A stretch of DNA of 64,000 bases. Origin: Candidatus Parcubacteria bacterium. Lineage in GTDB: Bacteria > Patescibacteriota > Saccharimonadia > Saccharimonadales > 2-12-FULL-41-12. The first letter of the stretch is position 1; each line of letters begins with the position of its first letter. The position numbers were made by a program, and so were the translations under genes. Of this stretch, positions 17,498-26,347 are shown in pieces. The notes under the pieces were generated by a model. That model worked only from the letters and a program-made list of their open reading frames with translations. It did not search any database and was not told where the DNA came from. The stretch covers positions 8,565 to 72,564 of the forward strand of contig JAHWKM010000002.1 in NCBI GenBank assembly GCA_019347895.1, read 5' to 3'.

Positions 17498-18212
17498 CTT
17501 CGCCTGCTAAGGGCAAAAGCTGGCCGGGGCATCTACTAATTATTCGTTTCATGGATTCGTACTCAGCCTTTGTCACCCATAGTAAATACTTAACCTTTAC
17601 CGCAATTTGCCGGGCCACATATTGGCAGCGATAATCTTTATTGGGCGGGAGCCATGTAGCCGCATCACCATTGCCTTTCTGCTGGTTAGCCGGACCGTCG
17701 ACTGCCAATAGGTTCAGGGAATCATTGGCAAACTTTAGCCTGGTGGGTTCATCAAGAAGCTGGGCGCCTTTTTGCCAGGAATCAGACAATGCTACGACAT
17801 GGTCAATTTGCACGGCTTGACTGGTTTGGCTGCCGCGCTGAAAATCGAGCTGCTTTCCCGTGTATGGGTCATTTAACACTCCGCTTAAGACGTGGCAGCC
17901 ATTTGTTTGGTCGATTATAGTCTCCGTTAGGTCACGCTCAAGAATATTGTTGCGTGTATCGCAGCCGTCAAACTCAGCCCAGCCGCTGCCAAATTGATCC
18001 CTTGAGTAGCCCGTCTTTGGCGCCCGCCCTTTGATTTCTAATTTATTTAATTCATCATTAGCTAAATGTTGTCCGTCGACAGAAACAGATGTAAATTGTT
18101 CTATTGTACTAGTAGGCTGAAACAAATTAAAAGTAATCCCAGCCAAAGACAGCAAGGCTAAAATAAGAACAACCACGACTCTCCGCCGTCTCTCAATCAT
18201 GCAAAAAATCAT
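17487..18212 (-). CDS. Secreted HNH/DUF1524-family nuclease
   Basis: N-terminal TM/signal sequence. QIDHVVALSDSWQKGA and GNGDAATWLPPN motifs. The 3' end overlaps the comEC start by 11 nt. Confidence 0.6.
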   Translation of the reverse strand: MIFCMIERRRRVVVVLILALLSLAGITFNLFQPTSTIEQFTSVSVDGQHLANDELNKLEIKGRAPKTGYSRDQFGSGWAEFDGCDTRNNILERDLTETIIDQTNGCHVLSGVLNDPYTGKQLDFQRGSQTSQAVQIDHVVALSDSWQKGAQLLDEPTRLKFANDSLNLLAVDGPANQQKGNGDAATWLPPNKDYRCQYVARQIAVKVKYLLWVTKAEYESMKRIISRCPGQLLPLAGEDAN

Positions 18213-18339
18213 AACACCATATTGCTATTTTTGATAAATTAATTTCTATTTATAGGATTTATTACTTTATTGAAAGAAGTTATGTTTGGTTCTTTTTAAA
18301 ATAACATCTAAAATAAAGGTAATGGGTTGCCAAATTATT

Positions 18340-18482
18340 CACTTGAGTGCTAGGCGTTATTTCTTTTTGAGAAACGGACGAAGCCGTACATACAGCTGCG
18401 GCGTAGGAGCATCGCAGGAAAAAATAGCGCATAGTACCAAGCCGTCAGGGTTTCTGGCTCACGCTAGAAAGCAGGTCAAATA
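18340..18482 (+). repeat. Family C structured 5' leader, copy 2 (ends at the guaA GTG start)
   Basis: Shares CACTTGAGTGCT, GAG-AACGGAC, AGCGCAG-like and CCAAG blocks with copy 1. The outer helix covaries (TAGGCGTTATTT/AAATAGCGCATA against CAGTACATTTT/AAAATGTGCTG). Confidence 0.55.
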
Positions 18483-20024
18483 GTGAAAAAATTGGCGCAG
18501 GAAACATTGGTGATTTTGGACTTCGGGTCGCAATATACCCAGTTGATAGCCAGGCGGGCGCGCGAACTTAATGTTTATAGCGTAATTTTGCCGTTTAATG
18601 CCAGCTTGAAAAAAATAATGGAACATAATCCGAAAGGCGTGGTGCTTTCCGGCGGGCCGAATTCAGTCTATGAAAAGGATGCGCCGGGGCTGGCTAATGG
18701 AGTGATGTCGCAAAACATGCCGGTACTCGGACTTTGCTACGGAATGCAGTTAATTGCTTACGCGCTCGGCGGCAAAGTAGAACCAGCCGAAAAACGGGAG
18801 TACGGCTTGTCTAAAATCAACGTCCGCGGCAAGAGCAAACTATTTGATGAGAAAATGAATAAATCCACAGTTTGGATGAGCCACGGAGTGCACGTTAGCT
18901 CGCCGCCTAAAACTTTTGAAGTTACGGCTAAAAGCGGCGATATGATAGCCGCCATGGAAAACGCCGACCTAAAACTCTACGGCTTACAATTTCATCCGGA
19001 AACAAGTCACAGCCAATACGGTAAAGAAATGCTTAAAAACTTTCTAGTAAAAATCTGCGGTTTCAATCAAGAATGGAGCGCCGAAGAATTCGTTAATGCT
19101 GAGATAAAAAAAATCCGGAAGCTGGTCGGCAAAAAGCGAGTTATCTGCGCGCTATCCGGCGGAGTCGACTCGTCCGTTGCAGCAACCATTGTTCATAAAG
19201 CCATCGGCGCTCAACAGATGTGTATTTTTGTCGACACGGGTCTTATGCAAAAAGATGATTACGACGAAGTCTTAGGCATATACAAAAACCGCGGTCTGAA
19301 CATAGACGGCGTGCGCGCGGAAAATAGATTTCTGTCCAAGCTGCGAGGCGTGACGAATCCGGAACAAAAACGAAAAATCATCGGCAGGGAATTCATAAAA
19401 ATATTTGAAGAAGAAGCCAAAAAATTCAAAGGGGCGGAATTTCTGGTACAGGGCACTTTGTATCCGGATGTGATTGAGTCGGTTTCTATACACGGCCCGT
19501 CCGTAACCATAAAATCGCATCATAACGTAGGCGGTTTGCCGAAAAAAATGAATTTAAAACTAATTGAGCCTTTGCGAGAACTGTTCAAGGACGAAGTCAG
19601 ACGAATCGGCGGGGAACTAGGTCTGCCACCTAAAATTACTAATAGGCAACCGTTCCCCGGGCCTGGTTTAGGCGTTAGAGTCATCGGTAAAATTACTCCT
19701 AAAGCCGTAGAGATATTGCAAGAAGCTGATTTCATTGTCCGTGAGGAATTTGTAAAAGCCGGAGCTAATAAAGACCTTTGGCAATATTTCGCCGTGTTGC
19801 TGCCCGTCAAAACCGTCGGAGTAATGGGTGATAGCCGTACTCACGAAAAAGTCATTGCCATCCGCGCCGTAGAATCATCAGACGGCATGACCGCCAGCTA
19901 CGCCAAATTGCCCTACAGCTTGCTTGGGAAAATATCCAGCCGCATAATCAGCGAAGTCCAAGGTGTCAACCGCGTCGTCTATGACATAACTTCAAAACCT
20001 CCGGGGACTATTGAATGGGAGTAA
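18483..20024 (+). CDS. guaA: GMP synthase (glutamine-hydrolysing)
   Basis: 513 aa. GATase domain (GLCYGMQ, HPE), the ATP-PPase SGGVDSS motif, C-terminal dimerisation domain ending PPGTIEWE. Confidence 0.95.
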   Translation: MKKLAQETLVILDFGSQYTQLIARRARELNVYSVILPFNASLKKIMEHNPKGVVLSGGPNSVYEKDAPGLANGVMSQNMPVLGLCYGMQLIAYALGGKVEPAEKREYGLSKINVRGKSKLFDEKMNKSTVWMSHGVHVSSPPKTFEVTAKSGDMIAAMENADLKLYGLQFHPETSHSQYGKEMLKNFLVKICGFNQEWSAEEFVNAEIKKIRKLVGKKRVICALSGGVDSSVAATIVHKAIGAQQMCIFVDTGLMQKDDYDEVLGIYKNRGLNIDGVRAENRFLSKLRGVTNPEQKRKIIGREFIKIFEEEAKKFKGAEFLVQGTLYPDVIESVSIHGPSVTIKSHHNVGGLPKKMNLKLIEPLRELFKDEVRRIGGELGLPPKITNRQPFPGPGLGVRVIGKITPKAVEILQEADFIVREEFVKAGANKDLWQYFAVLLPVKTVGVMGDSRTHEKVIAIRAVESSDGMTASYAKLPYSLLGKISSRIISEVQGVNRVVYDITSKPPGTIEWE

Positions 20025-20028
20025 TAGC

Positions 20029-21285
20029 ATGAAAGCCACCTTTGTAGTCGGACTGCAGTACGGGGATGAAGGCAAGGGGAAAATTGTTGACCTGCTGGCT
20101 GAAAAGCATGATGTAATAGTACGCGGTAACGGCGGATCAAATGCCGGGCATACTATTGTTCTAAAGGGTGGTAAAACCCTAGCACTTCATCAAATACCCT
20201 CGGGGATTACTTACGGGGGCAAACAAAATATTATCGGTAACGGTTGTTTTTTTGATCCGGTAAAGCTAGCTGAGGAAATAAAAAACGTGACCGAAAATGG
20301 CGTAAACGTTTCGCCAAAAAATCTGGCAATCAGCAAGGCGGCGCACATAGTTTTGCCAGTACATAAAGCCAAAGACGCGCTGCGTGAAGGCGGCGTCGGC
20401 GCGCAGGGAAGCACTAAAGCCGGCATAGCTTTTGTGGCCTCGGACAAATACCTGCGCGAAGGTATCCGGGCAGAAGCAGCTCTCAATAAATCAGAAAAAG
20501 AATTATATAAAATTGCCCATGATGGCTTGGTGGAGCTAGGCGAGGCCAAGCCGCAAGCCGCGGTCCAAGCCACCGAGTTTGCCCTTGAAACTCTCAAGCT
20601 AAGCGAATACATTGTAGATACCGTGGAGTTAATTCACCAGCAAATAAATTCCGGTAAAGAAATCTTAGTGGAAGGCGCCCAAGCTTTCGGGCTGGACATA
20701 AACCACGGCAAATACCCATTTACCACGTCTTCCGATACGACGGTTGCCGGACTCTTGAGCGGCACAGGTTTAAACTACAAGCAAATCGGAAAAGTTATTG
20801 GCGTAGCCAAGGCCATACCTTCAAAAGTCGGCGGCGGGAATTTCGTAACGGCAATTGGAGATAAAAAAATCGCAGAACAAACCCGAGGCGAAAAAGGCAG
20901 AGTCGACTCAGAATTCGGCGCCACTACAGGACGCCCGCGGGGAGTCGGCTATTTAGACCTCGTGGCCTTAAAACGTGCAGTCGAGGTCAATGGAGTAGAT
21001 GAAATCGCCCTGACAAAATTGGACTGCTTAATACGCCACGGTAAAACGACAAAAATAGCAGTCGCTTATAAGCTAGACGGCCAAGAAATCGAATCGCCGC
21101 CCACCTCCAATGAGGAGCTGGCAAAATGTCAGCCGGTTTACCGTGCATTTTCTACATGGAAAGAAAATGATTCAGCCGAAGCAGAAGAATACTTGGAATT
21201 TATAGAGAAGTACTTAAAAATACCTATTACCATGATTGGTACGGGGCCCGGTAGAAATGATTTATTTATTAGGACAAGAACATGA
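20029..21285 (+). CDS. purA: Adenylosuccinate synthetase
   Basis: GLQYGDEGKGKIVD P-loop, GNGGSNAGHT, GATTGRPRG. GGGAG SD before the ATG at 20029. Confidence 0.9.
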   Translation: MKATFVVGLQYGDEGKGKIVDLLAEKHDVIVRGNGGSNAGHTIVLKGGKTLALHQIPSGITYGGKQNIIGNGCFFDPVKLAEEIKNVTENGVNVSPKNLAISKAAHIVLPVHKAKDALREGGVGAQGSTKAGIAFVASDKYLREGIRAEAALNKSEKELYKIAHDGLVELGEAKPQAAVQATEFALETLKLSEYIVDTVELIHQQINSGKEILVEGAQAFGLDINHGKYPFTTSSDTTVAGLLSGTGLNYKQIGKVIGVAKAIPSKVGGGNFVTAIGDKKIAEQTRGEKGRVDSEFGATTGRPRGVGYLDLVALKRAVEVNGVDEIALTKLDCLIRHGKTTKIAVAYKLDGQEIESPPTSNEELAKCQPVYRAFSTWKENDSAEAEEYLEFIEKYLKIPITMIGTGPGRNDLFIRTRT

Positions 21286-22103
21286 ATTTTTTAGAGAAGT
21301 TAGATAAAGCGGTTGAGAAAAATAACAGCTTGGTATGCGTGGGTCTCGACCCCGATACCGATAAACTGCCCGGACAATTCAAAAACTCTGATAATTCATT
21401 TTTTGAATTTAATAAAGCAATTATTGACGCGACGGCAGATTTGGTCTGCTGCTTTAAGCCAAACTCGGCCTTTTACGAGGCTCTGGGTTCGGACGGAATA
21501 CAAATGCTTGAAGAAACTTGTGACTATATCCGCGAAAAATATCCCGCGATACCGATATTACTAGATTTCAAAAGAGGCGATATTGGAAACACCAACCAGA
21601 AATACGCGCAGTTTGCTTTTGATTATTTAGAAGTTGACGCAGTTACGTTGCACCCGTTCTTTGGCAGAAGCTCTCTGCAGGCCTTTCTTGATTTCAAAGA
21701 TAAGGGCATGGTTATAATGATCAAATCTTCCAATGATGACAGCAGTGAATTGCAGGATTTAAAAGTTGAGGGAGGAAAACTCTTTGAGCACTTAGCTTTC
21801 CAAGTTAAAACTCACTGGAACGAGAACGAGAATTGTCTATTAATGGTTGGCGCGACTTATCCGAGAGAACTTGCTTCCGTACGGAAGATTGCAGGCGACA
21901 AAATGCAAATTTTAGTTCCGGGGGTCGGGGCACAGGGCGGCGTAGCCGAAATGTTAAAAGCCGGACTTAACAGCCAAGGGAGGGGGCTGATAGTAAGCGC
22001 CTCCCGCTCAGTTTTGTACGCGTCAAACAAAGAAGATTTCGCGGATGCCGCCCGCCAAGCCGCTGAAAAACTAAAAACTCAAATCAACCAATTCAGACCT
22101 TAG
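21282..22103 (+). CDS. pyrF: Orotidine-5'-phosphate decarboxylase (type 2)
   Basis: 273 aa. VGLDP, LLDFKRGDIGNT and VPGVGAQGG motifs. Start overlaps the purA stop. Confidence 0.85.
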   Translation: MNFLEKLDKAVEKNNSLVCVGLDPDTDKLPGQFKNSDNSFFEFNKAIIDATADLVCCFKPNSAFYEALGSDGIQMLEETCDYIREKYPAIPILLDFKRGDIGNTNQKYAQFAFDYLEVDAVTLHPFFGRSSLQAFLDFKDKGMVIMIKSSNDDSSELQDLKVEGGKLFEHLAFQVKTHWNENENCLLMVGATYPRELASVRKIAGDKMQILVPGVGAQGGVAEMLKAGLNSQGRGLIVSASRSVLYASNKEDFADAARQAAEKLKTQINQFRP

Positions 22104-22406
22104 TTTTCAACTAAGTCAAAGTTCTTGTGGCCAAGAACCAATTTCGGCGGTACTTCGTACCTACCCCGAGTTCCTTTTTTGTCTGAAAAAAGGAACCGAA
22201 AAAGCAGACAGCAGGTGAGAAAACACGACTGAAGCGAGATACCAGCTTGTCTCGTGATGCGAAAGACTCCTTTCAGTCGGCCCTGTTCCATTTTATCCAA
22301 GGAGCGAACAGGACTTGGTTTCGCATCAGCCATTCGAGACAAGCTGATTCGCCTCAATCGGTTTTATCAATGCTGGGTAAAAGCGATGAGAAAAACTTGT
22401 TTTCTC
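22104..22406 (-). repeat. Family A structured repeat/candidate ncRNA, copy 2 (immediately 3' of the helicase gene)
   Basis: The reverse complement aligns base-for-base with 6905-7143. Junction hairpin at 22388-22406, 11 nt after the helicase stop. Ends with hairpins GGTAC..GTACC and GTTCTTG..CAAGAAC. Confidence 0.65.
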
Positions 22407-22418
22407 AGAATAATAATT

Positions 22419-25400
22419 TTAGTTGTCTAAAGCAGATAGAATTTCATCTATGTGTTTACCTCTATCGTAACTTCCGTCCCATTTAGAGTATGGTATTCTG
22501 TAAAATTTCCATTTTGCTGCCTCTAAAATGCTTTGTCTTTCCCAGTCGCTTTGAACATATACATCCTCGATTTCGTCTTCGAAATGAGTTGGTCCGTCAC
22601 ATTCAATCGCTAATTTTTTGCCGTTAATTTTATTGTGGATAGCAAAGTCAATTTTAAAGCCACAAGATTCAACTTGATTTTGAATTAAATGATTGCTTTT
22701 TAGGTACGGCACTATGAGTTCATAAAAATCACGCTCAAAATTAGAATCAAACATATCTGTATCTACTCCGTCAGAGAACATTCTGGATGCCTTGCCGTTC
22801 TCTTCTACATATTCAAGATATCTTTTTATCCAGATTCCTTCTGGCCATTGTTCCGGTCTTAGAGAAGTTACGCAATGAACTTGGTGTTTGGCTCTCGAAA
22901 ACGCCACATTAACACGGCCTTCATTAAGTTCTCTGTTAATTTCGCCACCTTCGCCTGTTAATGAAATATACCGACTTTTTTCAGAAGGATCACTTATAGC
23001 AAATGAATAGATGATAATTTCTCTTTCGTCGCCCTGTATCCCTTCAATATTGGAAACTTTGATTGATTTATCGTCTATCATTCTTCTCAGTAATTCGGCT
23101 TGTTCTGTGAAGAAGGAAAGTACGCCAATCGACATATCTTTTGTTTGCTCGTCCATTTTAATTTCGCGTATAAGATTGCAGATATATTCTGCTTCATCTA
23201 CATTTGTCTTAAGAGATTCATCCCTCGATCTATTCGAGTCAATTATATGGTTTACCAGCACTCTATTCGTATCCTTGTAAGGTGTAAGTGAGGCATTGAC
23301 TATTTCAAGGGTTCTCTTTCTTGGTCTATAAAAGTATTCGTTTGAAAAACCAATCAATTCACGCGGCGAACGATAATGACTTCTCAGCACTGAACTTCTA
23401 AATCCTTGAAGTATGCCTATGTCCATAACAGACTTCACCGAATCAGACTCACTTTTTATTTGAAGTTCTTCAGGAATTGAATACTTTCTTGCCATCTCCA
23501 GTAATGCATTATTGGATTTAAACTTAATCGTTGTATCACGCATTTGTAATGTGTCGCCAAATAGTAGTGTATGTCTCGCTCGGGACATAGCGGGTATGGC
23601 ATAAGCAAGATTACACTGCGAGGCCTCGTCGATTATTACATAGTCAAAAATATTTAACTCACTCGGTACGATTCTACTCACATCTTCAAGGCTCATCAAC
23701 CACATAGGAAATAGATCTAAAATCGTCTTGAATACAGCCGGATCCGAGCGAAATGAATCATAAGTCTTATATGCCCGTTTAGATTTTTTAAATGTTCGAA
23801 CGGCTCGCTCAACATTCTGTCGGACGGTGGCGTGCGCCCATGCATTATCAAGCCTTGAAGATGTCTTATTACGTAAAGAGTTTTTTACAAATTCTTGATA
23901 CTGCTTTCTGGATTTATGCACTTCTTTATTGAGGGAGTTTATATCTTTAAGCCTTAGGTTGTCGATTTCCTGCTTTAATTCAATAGATTCTATTACTTTA
24001 TCTATGGCTGAATCACCATGTTTTTGTATAAGGTGTACTATTTCGGTATATTCGTCAGATTTTAACCCTAGGTTCTGAAGATTTTTTTTAGCATGAGTTT
24101 CATACTCAAGCATTGAGCGCCTTGTTTCTTCTGATTGAAATGCTAGTATCAAATCTTGAAGCTGAGACCCCAATTTCGTTTTACTTGGAGATCTATTAAA
24201 CTCATCCAGTATTTCTGAGATATAATTTCTTACCTCAACAGGCAGATTATTTGAAACATTCTTTTGTTTAGATAGGGATACTCGATTATGCAGTTTCCTT
24301 GTGATACTAAAGCCAGAATCTTTTATTTGAACCATTAGGCTGGTTTTCATCTGCTCAATATGTCCTGCCGAGTTAACGTAATATTCCATATTGATATAAC
24401 CAAGCTTATTAAAAATTTTTTCATGAGTTTTGTGGTTGCTAGCCACAAATTCTTTCATTTCTTTCAAATGTTTAAGTGTCTTTCTAATATCATTAATCCT
24501 TTCTAAAGGGCTGGCCGTTATAAATTTTTCCGGTTGTGAAATTTTTACATTGAATTCATCGAGATTATTTAGCTTATCTTTTAATTCAAAGTATTTCCTT
24601 TGATTTTGGAATTGGTCGTTATATTCATTTACGACCGATTCAATACTTTTATTTGGCTCTTGCTCAAAAGTACCTCGTCGTCTGTCTTCAATCACTGACT
24701 TTATTCTTGATAGTTCATTTGCGGCGCCATCTACGTCATCGTTAAGTGTATGCAACGCGGAATATCTATCTGGTATATACCCATATAGACCAGGGATATC
24801 TAAACTTTTAAGTAGATCTTTGACCACACGTATTGCCTGATCTTTCTGGCTGACAAAAAGGACTTTCTTATCATTCGCCGCTAAGTGGCATAGAAGGTTT
24901 GCAATTGTCTGCGACTTACCCGTGCCTGGCGGACCTTGAATTATAGAGGCCCTATTTTTTATTTGAGCTAAGACTTCACGCTGATATTTATCAGATAGAA
25001 ATGGAAAATATACTGAGCCTTCTGAACTATTAATATCAATTGTCTCATCTAGCTCGCGCTCATCCACAAAACCTGAAAGGGATGTTTCAAGCAGTTCGTC
25101 CTGCTCCGTGTCTACGAGATTATCAAGATCTTGCGTTAGGAAAAAATTACTTTTCGGTGCAAGCGATATGGATAGATATGCTAAATTAAGCGGTTCACCG
25201 CTGAAAACTACTTCTTCGCACAACCTTAATTCATTAAGCAACTCTTCGTATACTTGCTGAATGACTGTAGTGTCCACAGGTAAAGTAAATTTGCCTTCAA
25301 GCTCCATGCTATTTATTCTTTTTTGAAATTCTTGATATCGATCGGCCCCTAATACTTGTGACATAAATGAAAAACTGGGGGTTATGCGATCATCAAGAAG

Positions 25401-25892
25401 AGTTATTTGCTTTTTTATCCCATTATTTTCAATCTCTATAGGTATAGTAAAAACCGGAAACTGAATTTTCTTTTTTATAGATTCATCTGCCTCATCTTCT
25501 CCTTCAACCTCTAATACGTCTTTAGCGACAAGATCTACATAACCAAGATTGAGCTGGGTTTGTTTTGTAAAACTATCAGTATCAACTTTTAATTTTATTT
25601 CATCAAGTACATTGAGAAGTCTGCGCTGGTATTCGAACTCTTTTTTATTATCTCCCTCTAATTCTTCTATTTTCTTTAAATCTGACTCATAAAAAAGTTC
25701 ACACTTTATACCAAGCTGAATACCGTAAGATATGTCGTCTTCGTCTACGGCCGCAAGGATATCATTTAGTGATAGGATGTGCGGTTTTATCTGATCAGTT
25801 TTTAAGCTAGACCGCTGCCTTACTGGATTTACCATTCCGAGATATGTTTTTGCGTATAAAATTAAGTTTTTTAGTTCAACTACCGAAGACAT
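22419..25892 (-). CDS. Upf1/DNA2-like SF1 helicase with a long N-terminal DUF4011-like region and a C-terminal DUF559/Vsr-like PD-(D/E)xK nuclease domain
   Basis: 1157 aa. Walker A GPPGTGKS, Walker B VIIDEASQ, LFGDTLQM, HYRSPRELIGFSNEYFY, IQGDEREIII, NVAFSRAK. C-terminus KIDFAIH...LAIECDGPTHF...YRIPYSKW. Visibly more AT-rich than neighbouring genes (judged by eye, not computed). Confidence 0.8.
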   Translation of the reverse strand: MSSVVELKNLILYAKTYLGMVNPVRQRSSLKTDQIKPHILSLNDILAAVDEDDISYGIQLGIKCELFYESDLKKIEELEGDNKKEFEYQRRLLNVLDEIKLKVDTDSFTKQTQLNLGYVDLVAKDVLEVEGEDEADESIKKKIQFPVFTIPIEIENNGIKKQITLLDDRITPSFSFMSQVLGADRYQEFQKRINSMELEGKFTLPVDTTVIQQVYEELLNELRLCEEVVFSGEPLNLAYLSISLAPKSNFFLTQDLDNLVDTEQDELLETSLSGFVDERELDETIDINSSEGSVYFPFLSDKYQREVLAQIKNRASIIQGPPGTGKSQTIANLLCHLAANDKKVLFVSQKDQAIRVVKDLLKSLDIPGLYGYIPDRYSALHTLNDDVDGAANELSRIKSVIEDRRRGTFEQEPNKSIESVVNEYNDQFQNQRKYFELKDKLNNLDEFNVKISQPEKFITASPLERINDIRKTLKHLKEMKEFVASNHKTHEKIFNKLGYINMEYYVNSAGHIEQMKTSLMVQIKDSGFSITRKLHNRVSLSKQKNVSNNLPVEVRNYISEILDEFNRSPSKTKLGSQLQDLILAFQSEETRRSMLEYETHAKKNLQNLGLKSDEYTEIVHLIQKHGDSAIDKVIESIELKQEIDNLRLKDINSLNKEVHKSRKQYQEFVKNSLRNKTSSRLDNAWAHATVRQNVERAVRTFKKSKRAYKTYDSFRSDPAVFKTILDLFPMWLMSLEDVSRIVPSELNIFDYVIIDEASQCNLAYAIPAMSRARHTLLFGDTLQMRDTTIKFKSNNALLEMARKYSIPEELQIKSESDSVKSVMDIGILQGFRSSVLRSHYRSPRELIGFSNEYFYRPRKRTLEIVNASLTPYKDTNRVLVNHIIDSNRSRDESLKTNVDEAEYICNLIREIKMDEQTKDMSIGVLSFFTEQAELLRRMIDDKSIKVSNIEGIQGDEREIIIYSFAISDPSEKSRYISLTGEGGEINRELNEGRVNVAFSRAKHQVHCVTSLRPEQWPEGIWIKRYLEYVEENGKASRMFSDGVDTDMFDSNFERDFYELIVPYLKSNHLIQNQVESCGFKIDFAIHNKINGKKLAIECDGPTHFEDEIEDVYVQSDWERQSILEAAKWKFYRIPYSKWDGSYDRGKHIDEILSALDN

Positions 25893-25953
25893 GCATTAAT
25901 TATATCTTCATTAGACCGTCTAGCATAATCCCTAAATATCAGCCAAAAATCTG

Positions 25954-26083
25954 AGAAAATCTGAGATTTTCTTATCTGCTTTTGTTCAGGCGCTCTGGAA
26001 GTTCCCGCCGTCGACCGGGCTTTGGCGGACAGGCCTGATCAGTGAATGCCAAAATAGTATTTATAGAAAAACAGGTTTTTTCT
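25954..26083 (-). repeat. Junction modules upstream of the helicase gene: two GAGAAA..TTTCTC-type hairpins (25954-25972, 26065-26083) bracketing a fragment of a copy-1-type B unit (25978-26048)
   Basis: The reverse complement of 25978-26048 matches 6826-6867 (CATTCACT-ATCAGG...AACTTCCAGAGC-CTGAACAAAAGC) apart from a 29-nt insert. Confidence 0.55.
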
Positions 26084-26089
26084 ATTCTA

Positions 26090-26347
26090 ATTGTTGGGTT
26101 TGGGCATTGAGAGCCGTCCTGATTGGCGAATGTCAAAAACACAATTACTAGCGAGGCAGTGTTTAAGCCCCTCACCTTTTTGGATGTAAAAAGGTGAGGG
26201 GTGAGTTTGCCGAGCATTGTGTCTTTTGACAATGAGACAGTCAAGACGGATCGACGCCCAAGAGTTTTTGCATTCTTTTGTCGGCACAAAAGAATGGACT
26301 TGCTTCTTTGTCGAAAGAAGTTGGCTTGGTTCTTCGACCAGAAGAAC
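26090..26347 (-). repeat. Family B structured repeat, copy 2 (starts at the purP stop codon)
   Basis: TTGGGC..GCCCAA, CCGTC/GACGG and TGTCAAAAGACACAAT/ATTGTGTTTTTGACA helices. Interior hairpin GCCCCTCACCTTTTT..AAAAAGGTGAGGGG. Outer hairpins covary with the other copies. Confidence 0.65.

Noticed and set aside
22104-26347. Group II (or group I) intron with an intron-encoded ORF, suggested by the layout of structured RNA, ORF, structured RNA.
   Set aside because: The ORF is a helicase-nuclease, not a reverse transcriptase, maturase or homing endonuclease. I found no domain V-like consensus (GAGCCGUAU...ACGGUUC type). All copies are intergenic rather than interrupting a gene. Still worth a cmscan.
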